64,000 nucleotides of DNA from Methanobacteriota archaeon. Lineage in GTDB: Archaea; Thermoplasmatota; E2; DHVEG-1. Numbering within the stretch: position 1 is the stretch's first letter; each line of letters starts with the position of its first letter. The stretch covers positions 1 through 64,000 of the forward strand of contig CAVYNH010000001.1 of NCBI GenBank assembly GCA_963769885.1, written 5' to 3'. A model generated the notes under the pieces. That model was not told the origin of the DNA. It worked only from the letters and a program-made list of their open reading frames with translations, and did no database searches. A program made the position numbers and the translations under genes. Below, piece by piece: positions 42,299 through 50,707 of this stretch.

Positions 42299-42371
42299 GG
42301 GCCTGTGGGGTAGCTTGGTATCCTTGTGGCTTCGGGAGCCATCGACATGCGTTCAAATCGCATCAGGCCCA
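42299..42371 (+). tRNA. tRNA-Pro (CGG)
   Basis: Acceptor stem GGGCCTG/CAGGCCC+A; anticodon arm gtggc-ttCGGga-gccat; T-arm atgcg-ttcaaat-cgcat. Confidence 0.96.
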
Positions 42372-42430
42372 TTATCTTCTACAGGAGAAAAGTCTGGTAA
42401 CAGACCCAAATTTGGCGTTCTGTTGGTTTT
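42358..42430 (+). repeat. att-like site A: tRNA 3' core plus right arm
   Basis: tcgcatcaggcccat, then caggagaaaagtc...ggcgttctgtt shared with site B and in part with site C. Confidence 0.85.
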
Positions 42431-42595
42431 TTCCTTGCCTCGCTTTCCTGCTGATAGTTGTGTTGGTTTTTTGTATATAATTAAAGGGCTTGATTCATAA
42501 TTCCCTGATGGAGGAAAAGAAGAAGGGATATCGCATCCTAATCGACATGAAATATGATAAATTGAAAAAAGGAAAAAAAGAGGAGAGGTAGGTAA

Positions 42596-43984
42596 TCATT
42601 GACCGCAAGTTCTGCAGCTCAGGTGGGGTACGAGCTGCACGTCATTAATTGAAAATAAAAACAATTTTGCTGTTGCGATAAATGGTGGGCAATCATCGAT
42701 AACAATAGTCATTGTGATTTTACCTATCCCAAGAACAAAACCATTTATACTTTCGGTTGCGTACGGTAAAAAGTTGGGTATCATGCCACTCTTATGTGCT
42801 CCAAGAAGTATAAGTCCACCAGTTATTGTGACACTCCACGGTACGTTAGTTAAAGTTTTATTGCAAATGTTATAGAAATAAATATGATACCCGGGGCCTC
42901 CTGTTATGTTGACATAGAAACAGCATTCGCCGCAGACAGGAGTGTCTTCTATGATGGGCGCTGAAGAATTCTCATCGCTCGTTGCAAATGCCATATTATG
43001 GATTATGGTTCCATTCGCGGTTTCTGGACGGACAAGAACTAGCAGCCAGACGCATTTGGTTGAGTTCGCTATGATTGTACCGATATCCCAACGGACCGTA
43101 CGGCTGCTAATGTTATAGCCTGGCGAGGCGTCTATGAAACCCGTTTCATTCGGGAGCTGATCGGTGATAATAACATTATGTTGGGTAGATGCATGTGCGG
43201 ATGTGCAAATTGTGTAATTAATGTACTCGCACTGCCATACGCAATCGGTTTCGTTGAGGTTGTCAGTCTTTGTAATTATTAAGTGTGAGCCGCAATCGAT
43301 GTATGCTTCGATTAGCCAGTTGCGATCCCAAAGACTACCGTAACTCTGTAATTCAATCCAGCCTGAGCCTGAACCGTCATTATACCAGTCGCCCTTCCCA
43401 TCCACGGCCGGTCCTGAATCGAACCCTATTGGGATTTCATCGGGATCCTGGACCATCTCCACTGATATCCATAAGTCTTCCGTGCAGTTAAATGGTACCG
43501 GCGTCGAAAGGGTTACTACAAACCAGCCTGAATCATTAACGAAATAGGGCTGTGAACAGAGGAGCTGGCCTGGTGTAGTAGGAGTTCCCTGCCTATATAT
43601 TTTGATGTTTCCATGAAGATAATTTGCATCCCAGTGATAGAACTGAACAGCGGTGAGCCGACAGCCGCAATACGGCGCGAGTTCAGTAGGGGTTAACCGT
43701 ATCGCTGCTTCCCATGTAGCCCCGCCTGATATTTTAAATCCAACCCATTTGTTTGTATAGTAGTAATAGAGCCATCCTCCATTACAAATCGCGCAGGGTG
43801 TGCCTACTTCATGGTTTGTCTGTTGATGTGTAGCATCGTGAGTGTTTGTATCGAGTAGAAATGGCGCTGTATTTTCTGACTTTTTAATATCTGCCGTCAC
43901 CATAAGTGATGATAAGATCAGGAGCAACGCAATCATTACAATACCAGCATCTTTCAAAATAGTTTTTCCACCAATAGATTTCAT
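42596..43984 (-). CDS. Secreted protein with a DUF11-like Ig domain and the recurrent C-terminal domain (unit 1 cargo)
   Basis: Signal peptide; ITKTD...ITDQLP...RWDIG; ITGG..G...W...GGLILLG tail. Confidence 0.8.
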   Translation of the reverse strand: MKSIGGKTILKDAGIVMIALLLILSSLMVTADIKKSENTAPFLLDTNTHDATHQQTNHEVGTPCAICNGGWLYYYYTNKWVGFKISGGATWEAAIRLTPTELAPYCGCRLTAVQFYHWDANYLHGNIKIYRQGTPTTPGQLLCSQPYFVNDSGWFVVTLSTPVPFNCTEDLWISVEMVQDPDEIPIGFDSGPAVDGKGDWYNDGSGSGWIELQSYGSLWDRNWLIEAYIDCGSHLIITKTDNLNETDCVWQCEYINYTICTSAHASTQHNVIITDQLPNETGFIDASPGYNISSRTVRWDIGTIIANSTKCVWLLVLVRPETANGTIIHNMAFATSDENSSAPIIEDTPVCGECCFYVNITGGPGYHIYFYNICNKTLTNVPWSVTITGGLILLGAHKSGMIPNFLPYATESINGFVLGIGKITMTIVIDDCPPFIATAKLFLFSINDVQLVPHLSCRTCGQ

Positions 43985-44326
43985 CGTTTTCCTCCTTCCC
44001 CAAAACTCAGGTTATGAAAAGAAAATCTCTCGAGGGTATTTATATTTTTTTGTCTGAAATCTTATGAAATAGAAATGGTAAAAAAACCGATGTCGCGCTT
44101 CATTTGGCGTTCTCATGAATTTCCTTTCTTTTAATAAAGATACTTTTGGAACCTTGTTTAAAACTCTATTTACCCACAATTGATGCTGGGACGCCGTGGT
44201 CATTTTAGATTTTGCGATCTATTCCTGCTTTTTCTATCCTATTCTTGATTGACGTATTTCCTAGGTTGTTTGGGCTTTATGGGAGCCTTTCTAAAAATAT
44301 GTGTGAGTTAAGTATGGGAAAACATG

Positions 44327-44512
44327 AGAAAAAAAAGAAAGAGAGAGTCGGATTCAACCGTCCTTAAAACCGACAGGCCTAACAACCGCGTTCTGTCGCC
44401 GAGAATTCCTCCTGTTGACCAGATGCAGGTCGCATCAGGCCCATCATCTTTTCCAGGAGAAAAGTCCGGCGACAGAGCCAAAAACGGCGTTCTGTTAGTT
44501 TTTCGGCCTCGC
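44327..44512 (+). repeat. att-like site B: left arm, core (44430-44444) and right arm; dyad centred at 44434
   Basis: tctgtcgccg (44392) / cggcgacaga (ends 44476); ctcctg (44409) / caggag (ends 44459). Confidence 0.88.
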
Positions 44513-44614
44513 AGGCGGATATTTGCCCGCGTTCTTTTATTTTCTGAAAACATTTAAATAAATCCATGGGATAGCTCTTCTTTGCTGTTTTGGAAAGAAG
44601 GAGGAATAGAGAAT

Positions 44615-45100
44615 ATGAGGGAAAAAATAATTGGAATATTTGCAATAGTTCTGTTGATAGCACCTGTAATGCCAGTTTCAGGGGCATCCGAAAAAAATAG
44701 TAGTATTTCACCAGTCCCTTCTAATAGTGTTATTAAAAATGGAAATAGAGATTTAGTTTTTAATGGTGTTATTAAAAATTGTGAATTAGATATAACCTTT
44801 GACAGATGGGTTTTAAATTTGCCTATCGGAATACCTAACAAAATATTTGCGGTTTTATTTTATTTTTATGCTCAGGATGCTGGTACAACCGCGGAACCTT
44901 CGAATACGCATTTAAAAATCACAGGTGGAACTAAAGTATCTGGTGACGGTGATATACCTATTGATGTCACCTGTTCCTGGTGTACATTTGCTTTGTATGG
45001 ATTCTTTGGAACGAGTTCTGTCACCCCCCTAATTTCCCTTGGTGGTGAAATTAAGGGTGTTGCAAAGAGAGCAAGATTTGACTGTGGTTATCCAACATAA
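44615..45100 (+). CDS. Secreted hypothetical protein (unit 2 cargo)
   Basis: MREKIIGIFAIVLLIA signal peptide, aggagg RBS. Confidence 0.75.
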   Translation: MREKIIGIFAIVLLIAPVMPVSGASEKNSSISPVPSNSVIKNGNRDLVFNGVIKNCELDITFDRWVLNLPIGIPNKIFAVLFYFYAQDAGTTAEPSNTHLKITGGTKVSGDGDIPIDVTCSWCTFALYGFFGTSSVTPLISLGGEIKGVAKRARFDCGYPT

Positions 45101-45126
45101 AAATAATGTCAATTAATGTCTTCTAA

Positions 45127-45729
45127 GCGAGAAATCCCCATGCTTTAGCGTGGGGATGAATCGCGTCATTTTTCTTCAAAAATTCGTTACCACGTACTGG
45201 GTGGACGCGCCCGCAGTCGCGGGCGCTCTGAAGCACCTGCCCAGGACATCTTGTATGGAACTTATTAGCAGTAGCCATAGCGTAGGCCAGAATATATACC
45301 ATTTGGAATGGTGCCCGAAATACCGCTACCACATGATGCGACGGGAGGAAATCCAAAAACTAATCGAGAATGTGGTGCGTGATGTAGCAGCACGGCATCA
45401 CATCACCGTCATCGAACTCAGTGTGATGCCGGACCACATCCACCTGGTTGCCGGCCTCCCGGCGACCATGAGCGTCTCCTCCGCCCTCCACCTCCTCAAA
45501 GGAGCCTCCTCCCATGAGATCTTCCTACGGATTCCCGCCTTCCGAATGCGGTACCCCCGGGGAGCCTTCTGGAGCCCCGGGAAATTCTTCCGCACCATTG
45601 GCGACGCCAATACAGAAACCGTGATCAACTACGTCAGAAACCATCGATTCCAACAAGCCACCCTTGACGGGTTTCCGGGGACAGCCTAACCCCCGGAAGC
45701 CCCGGCATTTATGCCGGGGAGGATGTCAC
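45127..45729 (+). mobile_element. IS200-type element (tnpA only)
   Basis: Left hairpin atccccatgctttagcgtggggat; right hairpin ccccggcatttatgccgggg followed by TCAC; left boundary approximate. Confidence 0.85.
45255..45689 (+). CDS. tnpA: IS200/IS605 Y1 transposase TnpA
   Basis: HLEWCPKYR, PDHIHL (HUH), LKGASS, FWSPG, NYV. Confidence 0.93.
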   Translation: MELISSSHSVGQNIYHLEWCPKYRYHMMRREEIQKLIENVVRDVAARHHITVIELSVMPDHIHLVAGLPATMSVSSALHLLKGASSHEIFLRIPAFRMRYPRGAFWSPGKFFRTIGDANTETVINYVRNHRFQQATLDGFPGTA

Positions 45730-45790
45730 ATTCAATTTTTTTTTTATCATCGATTAGCATAAAACATGAGTCAAAACCGTGTCACTGCTT

Positions 45791-45937
45791 CTAAGGAACC
45801 TTTCTTATTCGTAGTTCACCAGCACCGATGGGTTCAATGCTCAACCGGTCTCCTGCTTTGAGGTTGTAGAGATCACAGACTCGCTTCGGCAGGGTGAGAA
45901 TCATACTGTCGTTGATCTCACGAATTGTTCGTTCCAT
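45791..45937 (-). CDS. AbrB/MazE-type DNA-binding microprotein
   Basis: RTIREINDSMILTLPKRVCDLYNLKAGDRL. Confidence 0.75.
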   Translation of the reverse strand: MERTIREINDSMILTLPKRVCDLYNLKAGDRLSIEPIGAGELRIRKVP

Positions 45938-46101
45938 ACGGAAAACGATATAGTTTTTTAATGTTAAATCGTTTGGGATTTCCATACGAATCAGGATTCG
46001 AAGGCACTGGTTTTTTTGGTACCGGTCTACAGATTCAGATAAGCATATTCTACCGGTATTTCAGTATTCGAATCCCGATGTGGGCGTGTAAACGTGCAAT
46101 A

Positions 46102-46251
46102 AGAAAAAAGAAAAGAAAGAGAGAGTCGGATTCAACCGTCATTAAAACCGATAGGCCTAAAAACCGCGTTCTGTCCCCGAGAATAACTCCTAGTGACCAG
46201 ATGCAAGTCGCATCAGGCCCATTAACGTCTACAGGAGAAAAGTCGGGCGAC
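46102..46251 (+). repeat. att-like site C: left arm, core (46208-46222) and shortened right arm
   Basis: ~100-bp left arm nearly identical to B (gagagagtcggattcaaccgtc...); dyad centred at 46212. Confidence 0.88.
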
Positions 46252-46498
46252 GATGTTGGTGTCAGGGCGAGGCTCTTGGTCTGACTTCTTCGTTAAAATA
46301 GGGGATTCTGCAGATATGTTTTTAAAGAAGTAAAACCAGGTTCTGAATCCCTTCTGTCATGTATTTTTATCTTTTACAGACATTTATATCAAGCTACAGG
46401 ATAACAAATGGCAAGGAGGAACAGGTTCTTATACAGAATAGCTGGTTAAAGTAAATCCTGTTTTGGTAATTTTAGAAAATAGAAGGAGGAAAAAAGAA

Positions 46499-47686
46499 AT
46501 GAAAACGAAAATCATAGGAATATGTGTAGGTATGCTGATGTTCGCCACTGTTCTTTCAGTGGCAGCGCCGATAAATAAAAATGTCACGGAAGTTACACCC
46601 GTTACGTCTCCGTTCGCTGGAAACACAGGAGCTCCTTCGGTGTCACCGCTTTCTCAGATAAGTACGTTACTTGGGAAAACTGTGTACGGATCCAAGGTAT
46701 ACCCTCCTTATCCATGTAAGGAGCTTGTTTCGTTCACCTTGGATAACCCTGGCACCATCAACAATATTACTAATGCGACCTCGAAATATTTCCTTTCTGG
46801 TGGCTGTTGGGCGAATGGCGTCTGGTGGGGCTGCGAATATTCAGGGTGGTCAGATAATAACTCTAAGATATGGAAGATCAACCCCACAACTGGGAAAATG
46901 ACTCTAGTCGGTCCCTCTAATACCCACGATGATGAGAGTCTGCAAGGGCTAGCGTATGATGACACAACTGGCACCATGTATGCTTGTAGTCCCATTAACC
47001 TCTATACTATCGATATGCTCACAGGTAACGCAACACGGGTGGGTTCCTATCTGGGACATGTTATGATAGGTATTGCATGTGATTCCAAAGGGAACCTGTA
47101 TGGGGAAGAAGTAGGGAACCCGGGGTCTCTCTATGCTATCAACAAAACGACTGCACATATCAGTTTAATTGGTCATTTCGGCTTCTATCTCAACCATTGT
47201 CAAGATATGGCATTTGATAAAGATAATGATAAATTATACCTCGCAGCTTTAACTCAGAATGGAACAGAAAATGAAGGTGCGTTGTACTACTGTGATCAAA
47301 ACACGGCAGCATGCACAAAGATCGGTATTTTTGGAACCAACCTCACTGAGATTGACGGGTTTGCTATACCCTATACATCTGATGTTGAAATAAATGGATT
47401 GAAAGGTGGAATCGGCGTACACGCGACCATAAAGAATACTGGTACGGTCAATCTCAGTAGCGTGAAATGGAGTATTGTCTTAGAAAAAGGTCTCATCATT
47501 CTGGGCAAGAAAAGTAACGGGACAATACCCTCCCTCTCTGTTGGTCAATCCGTAGATATCAAAACAGGCTTAATCCTTGGATTCGGAATGCCGAGGGTTA
47601 TGATTAAGGTCGAAACTCCTGATCATTTTATAGAGAAAACTGCGAAAGCGACGGTATTGTCATTCTTCGTCCTTGGGGTAAAGTAA
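46499..47686 (+). CDS. Secreted beta-propeller-like protein with the recurrent C-terminal domain (unit 3 cargo)
   Basis: MKTKIIGICV signal; LY.ID..TG..T.VG repeats; KGGIGV.ATIKN.G...W...GLIILG tail. Confidence 0.8.
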   Translation: MKTKIIGICVGMLMFATVLSVAAPINKNVTEVTPVTSPFAGNTGAPSVSPLSQISTLLGKTVYGSKVYPPYPCKELVSFTLDNPGTINNITNATSKYFLSGGCWANGVWWGCEYSGWSDNNSKIWKINPTTGKMTLVGPSNTHDDESLQGLAYDDTTGTMYACSPINLYTIDMLTGNATRVGSYLGHVMIGIACDSKGNLYGEEVGNPGSLYAINKTTAHISLIGHFGFYLNHCQDMAFDKDNDKLYLAALTQNGTENEGALYYCDQNTAACTKIGIFGTNLTEIDGFAIPYTSDVEINGLKGGIGVHATIKNTGTVNLSSVKWSIVLEKGLIILGKKSNGTIPSLSVGQSVDIKTGLILGFGMPRVMIKVETPDHFIEKTAKATVLSFFVLGVK

Positions 47687-47971
47687 CCCTCCTCTTTTTT
47701 TCTTTTTTTTCTTTTGTCTTTGATTCGCACAAAAACCCATGTGTTTTAAACCTGTCACTGCGTGACCGCTCATAGGAGATGAAGTAATATGTCTTTGTTT
47801 TCTGCGTGCGTCCAGGCGTGCTGAGCGCGGTTTTTTTTACGCAAACAGCGCGTCGTCGGGTTGCTTCCGTAGGCGGTGCGTCGGTTTCCTCTGGGCCATG
47901 GTTTTATTTTTATCGTGAATTTTACTCCTCTTTCATGGTAACTGTTATATAATAGAAGAGGTGTACCGAGT

Positions 47972-48292
47972 ATGGGGGCCTACGGCCTCTTTATTGCGGG
48001 GGAAAAGAATATTTTCAACAATCGGCGGTCAGAAATCGATATTATGCAGGAGATTTTGACGCTGACGCAGAACAGTGCCCGAAAGACGCAGATCCTTTAC
48101 CAGGTGAACCTGAGCTACACACTACTGAAGAATTATCTCATGTTCCTTATAAGCAATGACTTCATCCGTGAGGTGACGGTCGATAACGATCATAATCCCT
48201 ATTCGGCCTACCAGCTAACTGAAAAGGGTCATCTTTTTATGAAGGATATTAAAAAAGTGCAGTCTCATTTGAACGGAAAATTTTTTTGGTAA
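47972..48292 (+). CDS. Winged-helix transcriptional regulator (COG3432-like)
   Basis: RRSEIDIMQEIL, KTQILYQVNLSY, YQLTEKG. Confidence 0.85.
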   Translation: MGAYGLFIAGEKNIFNNRRSEIDIMQEILTLTQNSARKTQILYQVNLSYTLLKNYLMFLISNDFIREVTVDNDHNPYSAYQLTEKGHLFMKDIKKVQSHLNGKFFW

Positions 48293-48518
48293 CTTTTTTC
48301 TCACACCCGCAAAAACAACGGGAGAGATAGAACATTGTTCTAGAACAATGCTTCTGCTCTTCTTATAACCCCGAGGGTATTTATTTTTTGTAGGCGAATG
48401 ATAGCAGGAACGTGGTGTTCCGTTTTCGTTCGTATATCTGGGGGAGACACTCGGCTTTGCACTCCGCCTTGCATAAGAAATCAAAGCAGAAGTAACTGAA
48501 AAGGAGGAAAAGGTAACC

Positions 48519-49718
48519 TTGAAAAAGAACAAGATCGGCGTAATGTTTCTAGTGTCAGTCCTAGCGCTATCTGGGATCGGGATCTCTTATGCGGCATTCA
48601 CAGACACCATCACCGTCCACGGTACAGTCCAGTGCGCATCCGTGCAATTCAACATACAAGACTTTTCGGGCACCTGGGTCTACAAGGTCTACGGCGGGAC
48701 AAGCCCACCGCAGCATGAGATCTATGTGGACTATGAGCACCTGACTTCGGCGGAGCTTGCCACGATGTTTCCGGGCAGTACGATAGTGTTGGTGTCGTCA
48801 GCGACCGGAGCCGCCGGGCCGAGCCCCTACGATGCGACGTTCACCTTCGACAAGCTGTTCCCCTGCATCCAATTCAAAGCAGATGTGAAAACGACGATTG
48901 GGACGATTCCGGTGAAGATCCAGGCCATCACCCTGACGCCGCTCAACGGCGCTGAATGGATACGGCCGTTGATCAGCAACAACGAGATTAGGGTAGAGCT
49001 GAAGATGTTGCGGAATGGCCAGTGGAGTACAGTCGGCGTCGGCGCGCAGGTACACCCAACCGATATCATCGAGATCATCGTATGGGTGCATATCCCCCAG
49101 AACAACGCGTACCAGGGGTTAACGGGCTCGCTGCAGGTCACCGTCAGCGTCCAGCAGTGGAACGACCTGTGCGGTCAGACCACCGGACCAAAAGAGTTGA
49201 ATCTCCCGACGGGGACAATAAACGCAGTCTACTACCATTACGGACCCTCTAGCTACTGGCAGACGGTCCTCAGCAACGTCGGGACCGGGTATACCGTCCA
49301 TGATGGGTCCTACATCGGCTGGTGCAACGACGAAGACACGTACATCGTCCCAGGCAACTTGTACAACGTAAGGCTGTTTTCAAGCTATGACCAATCGTTC
49401 TTCTTGGCTCATCCCAACTGGAACGGGAATTATTGGTATAGCTGGCCATGCGTCAACTACCTCATAAACCACAAGATACCAGTGACGAGTCAGCTGCAGA
49501 AGGATCAGATCCAGTTCGCGATCTGGTATTTCATCGACCACGGCTACACCGGCACTGATCCTATCGTCTGGGGCATGATCAACGCTGCGCTCGCCAACGG
49601 GAAGTACTTCGTCCCGCAGACCGGTCAAAATATGGCCGTGCTCGTCGTTGGATATCCCTTCGATGGAGTGCAGCATGGATACGTAGTTCAGCACACCTTC
49701 ATCGAAGTCGACCCATAA
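48519..49718 (+). CDS. SipW-type signal-peptide protein (TasA/camelysin-like N-domain plus an extra C-terminal domain)
   Basis: GISYAAFTDTITVHG signal/N-strand motif; TTG start with ggagg RBS. Confidence 0.72.
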   Translation: MKKNKIGVMFLVSVLALSGIGISYAAFTDTITVHGTVQCASVQFNIQDFSGTWVYKVYGGTSPPQHEIYVDYEHLTSAELATMFPGSTIVLVSSATGAAGPSPYDATFTFDKLFPCIQFKADVKTTIGTIPVKIQAITLTPLNGAEWIRPLISNNEIRVELKMLRNGQWSTVGVGAQVHPTDIIEIIVWVHIPQNNAYQGLTGSLQVTVSVQQWNDLCGQTTGPKELNLPTGTINAVYYHYGPSSYWQTVLSNVGTGYTVHDGSYIGWCNDEDTYIVPGNLYNVRLFSSYDQSFFLAHPNWNGNYWYSWPCVNYLINHKIPVTSQLQKDQIQFAIWYFIDHGYTGTDPIVWGMINAALANGKYFVPQTGQNMAVLVVGYPFDGVQHGYVVQHTFIEVDP

Positions 49719-49844
49719 ATAAATAAGAATACCTGAGTCCGGGGGTCCCGGACTTGGCAGTTCAAACGGCGGAGACGCTCAGCCTTGAACTCCGCCTGAA
49801 AAAAGAAATCAGGGCAGAGAAACCATAAAGGAGGAAAAAAAGAC

Positions 49845-50516
49845 ATGAAAAACAAACTCGGCGTGATATTCGCCGTATCTGTAATGGCGCTAGCTGGTAT
49901 CGGCATTAGCTACGCAGGGTTCACGGACACCATAACCGTGCATGGAAGCGTAACGACCGCGACTGTGACCCATACTATTGGTTCCACCTTCTCTGGGACA
50001 TGGGTCTACAAAGTCTATGGAACGGGAGCACCCACCCATGAAATCTACGTTGACCACACAGGCCTTGGGATAACAGAAGTTCAGCGACTTTATCCTACTG
50101 CCATTGTTCTAGGCCCGATTGCGAGTGCGACAGCCGCACCCGGGACAGGCTATGATGTTGAACTCACATGGACCAACATCTTCCCCTGCATCGACTTCTG
50201 CTGTGACTTCGACTTCACGTACACCGGAACCATACCCGTGAAAGTAAACAGCATGACGATGACCTATGACCCTAACCCCGGTGGAACGCCATCTGGCTGG
50301 ATCGATCAGTACCTGACCTATACATTAACTACGGGTACTGGCACAACACCGGTTCCGATAGGTCTTGGCTCCCAGCTCCATCCTGGTGATGTAGTGCACT
50401 GTGTATTCTGCATCCACTTGCCGCAACTCGACAGTTTGCAGGGCAAGTGCGCCGTTGGACATGCATCACTGCAACTAGTCCAGTGGAACGAGTTCCCATA
50501 CACGCCAATACCATAA
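49845..50516 (+). CDS. SipW-type signal-peptide protein (TasA-like), paralog of the upstream gene
   Basis: GISYAGFTDTITVHG; shares GTWVYKVYG, FPCI.F and QWN with 48519. Confidence 0.75.
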   Translation: MKNKLGVIFAVSVMALAGIGISYAGFTDTITVHGSVTTATVTHTIGSTFSGTWVYKVYGTGAPTHEIYVDHTGLGITEVQRLYPTAIVLGPIASATAAPGTGYDVELTWTNIFPCIDFCCDFDFTYTGTIPVKVNSMTMTYDPNPGGTPSGWIDQYLTYTLTTGTGTTPVPIGLGSQLHPGDVVHCVFCIHLPQLDSLQGKCAVGHASLQLVQWNEFPYTPIP

Positions 50517-50707
50517 ATAAGTGATAGAACCGACCACAAACCCCTAACCACATGAGCTGGATTGGGAGAAACCAACCCCCCAATTCATCTCTCATTTCTT
50601 TTTTTATATTCAACTATTTCAAGACCGCGTTTCATGGCGTTCTTCCATAATGCCATATTTCATACCAACAGTTATAAGCATTTATATAAAACATATAAGA
50701 TAACGAG

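Noticed and set aside
44324-44557. Short ORFs sharing QVASGP...GEKSG (42315, 44324, 45925)
   Set aside because: These are translations of the att-like DNA repeat; no evidence that they are coding.
48372-48391. cgagggtatttattttttgt, similar to 44031-44052
   Set aside because: Short, AT-rich promoter-like match with only two copies; insufficient support for a regulatory motif.
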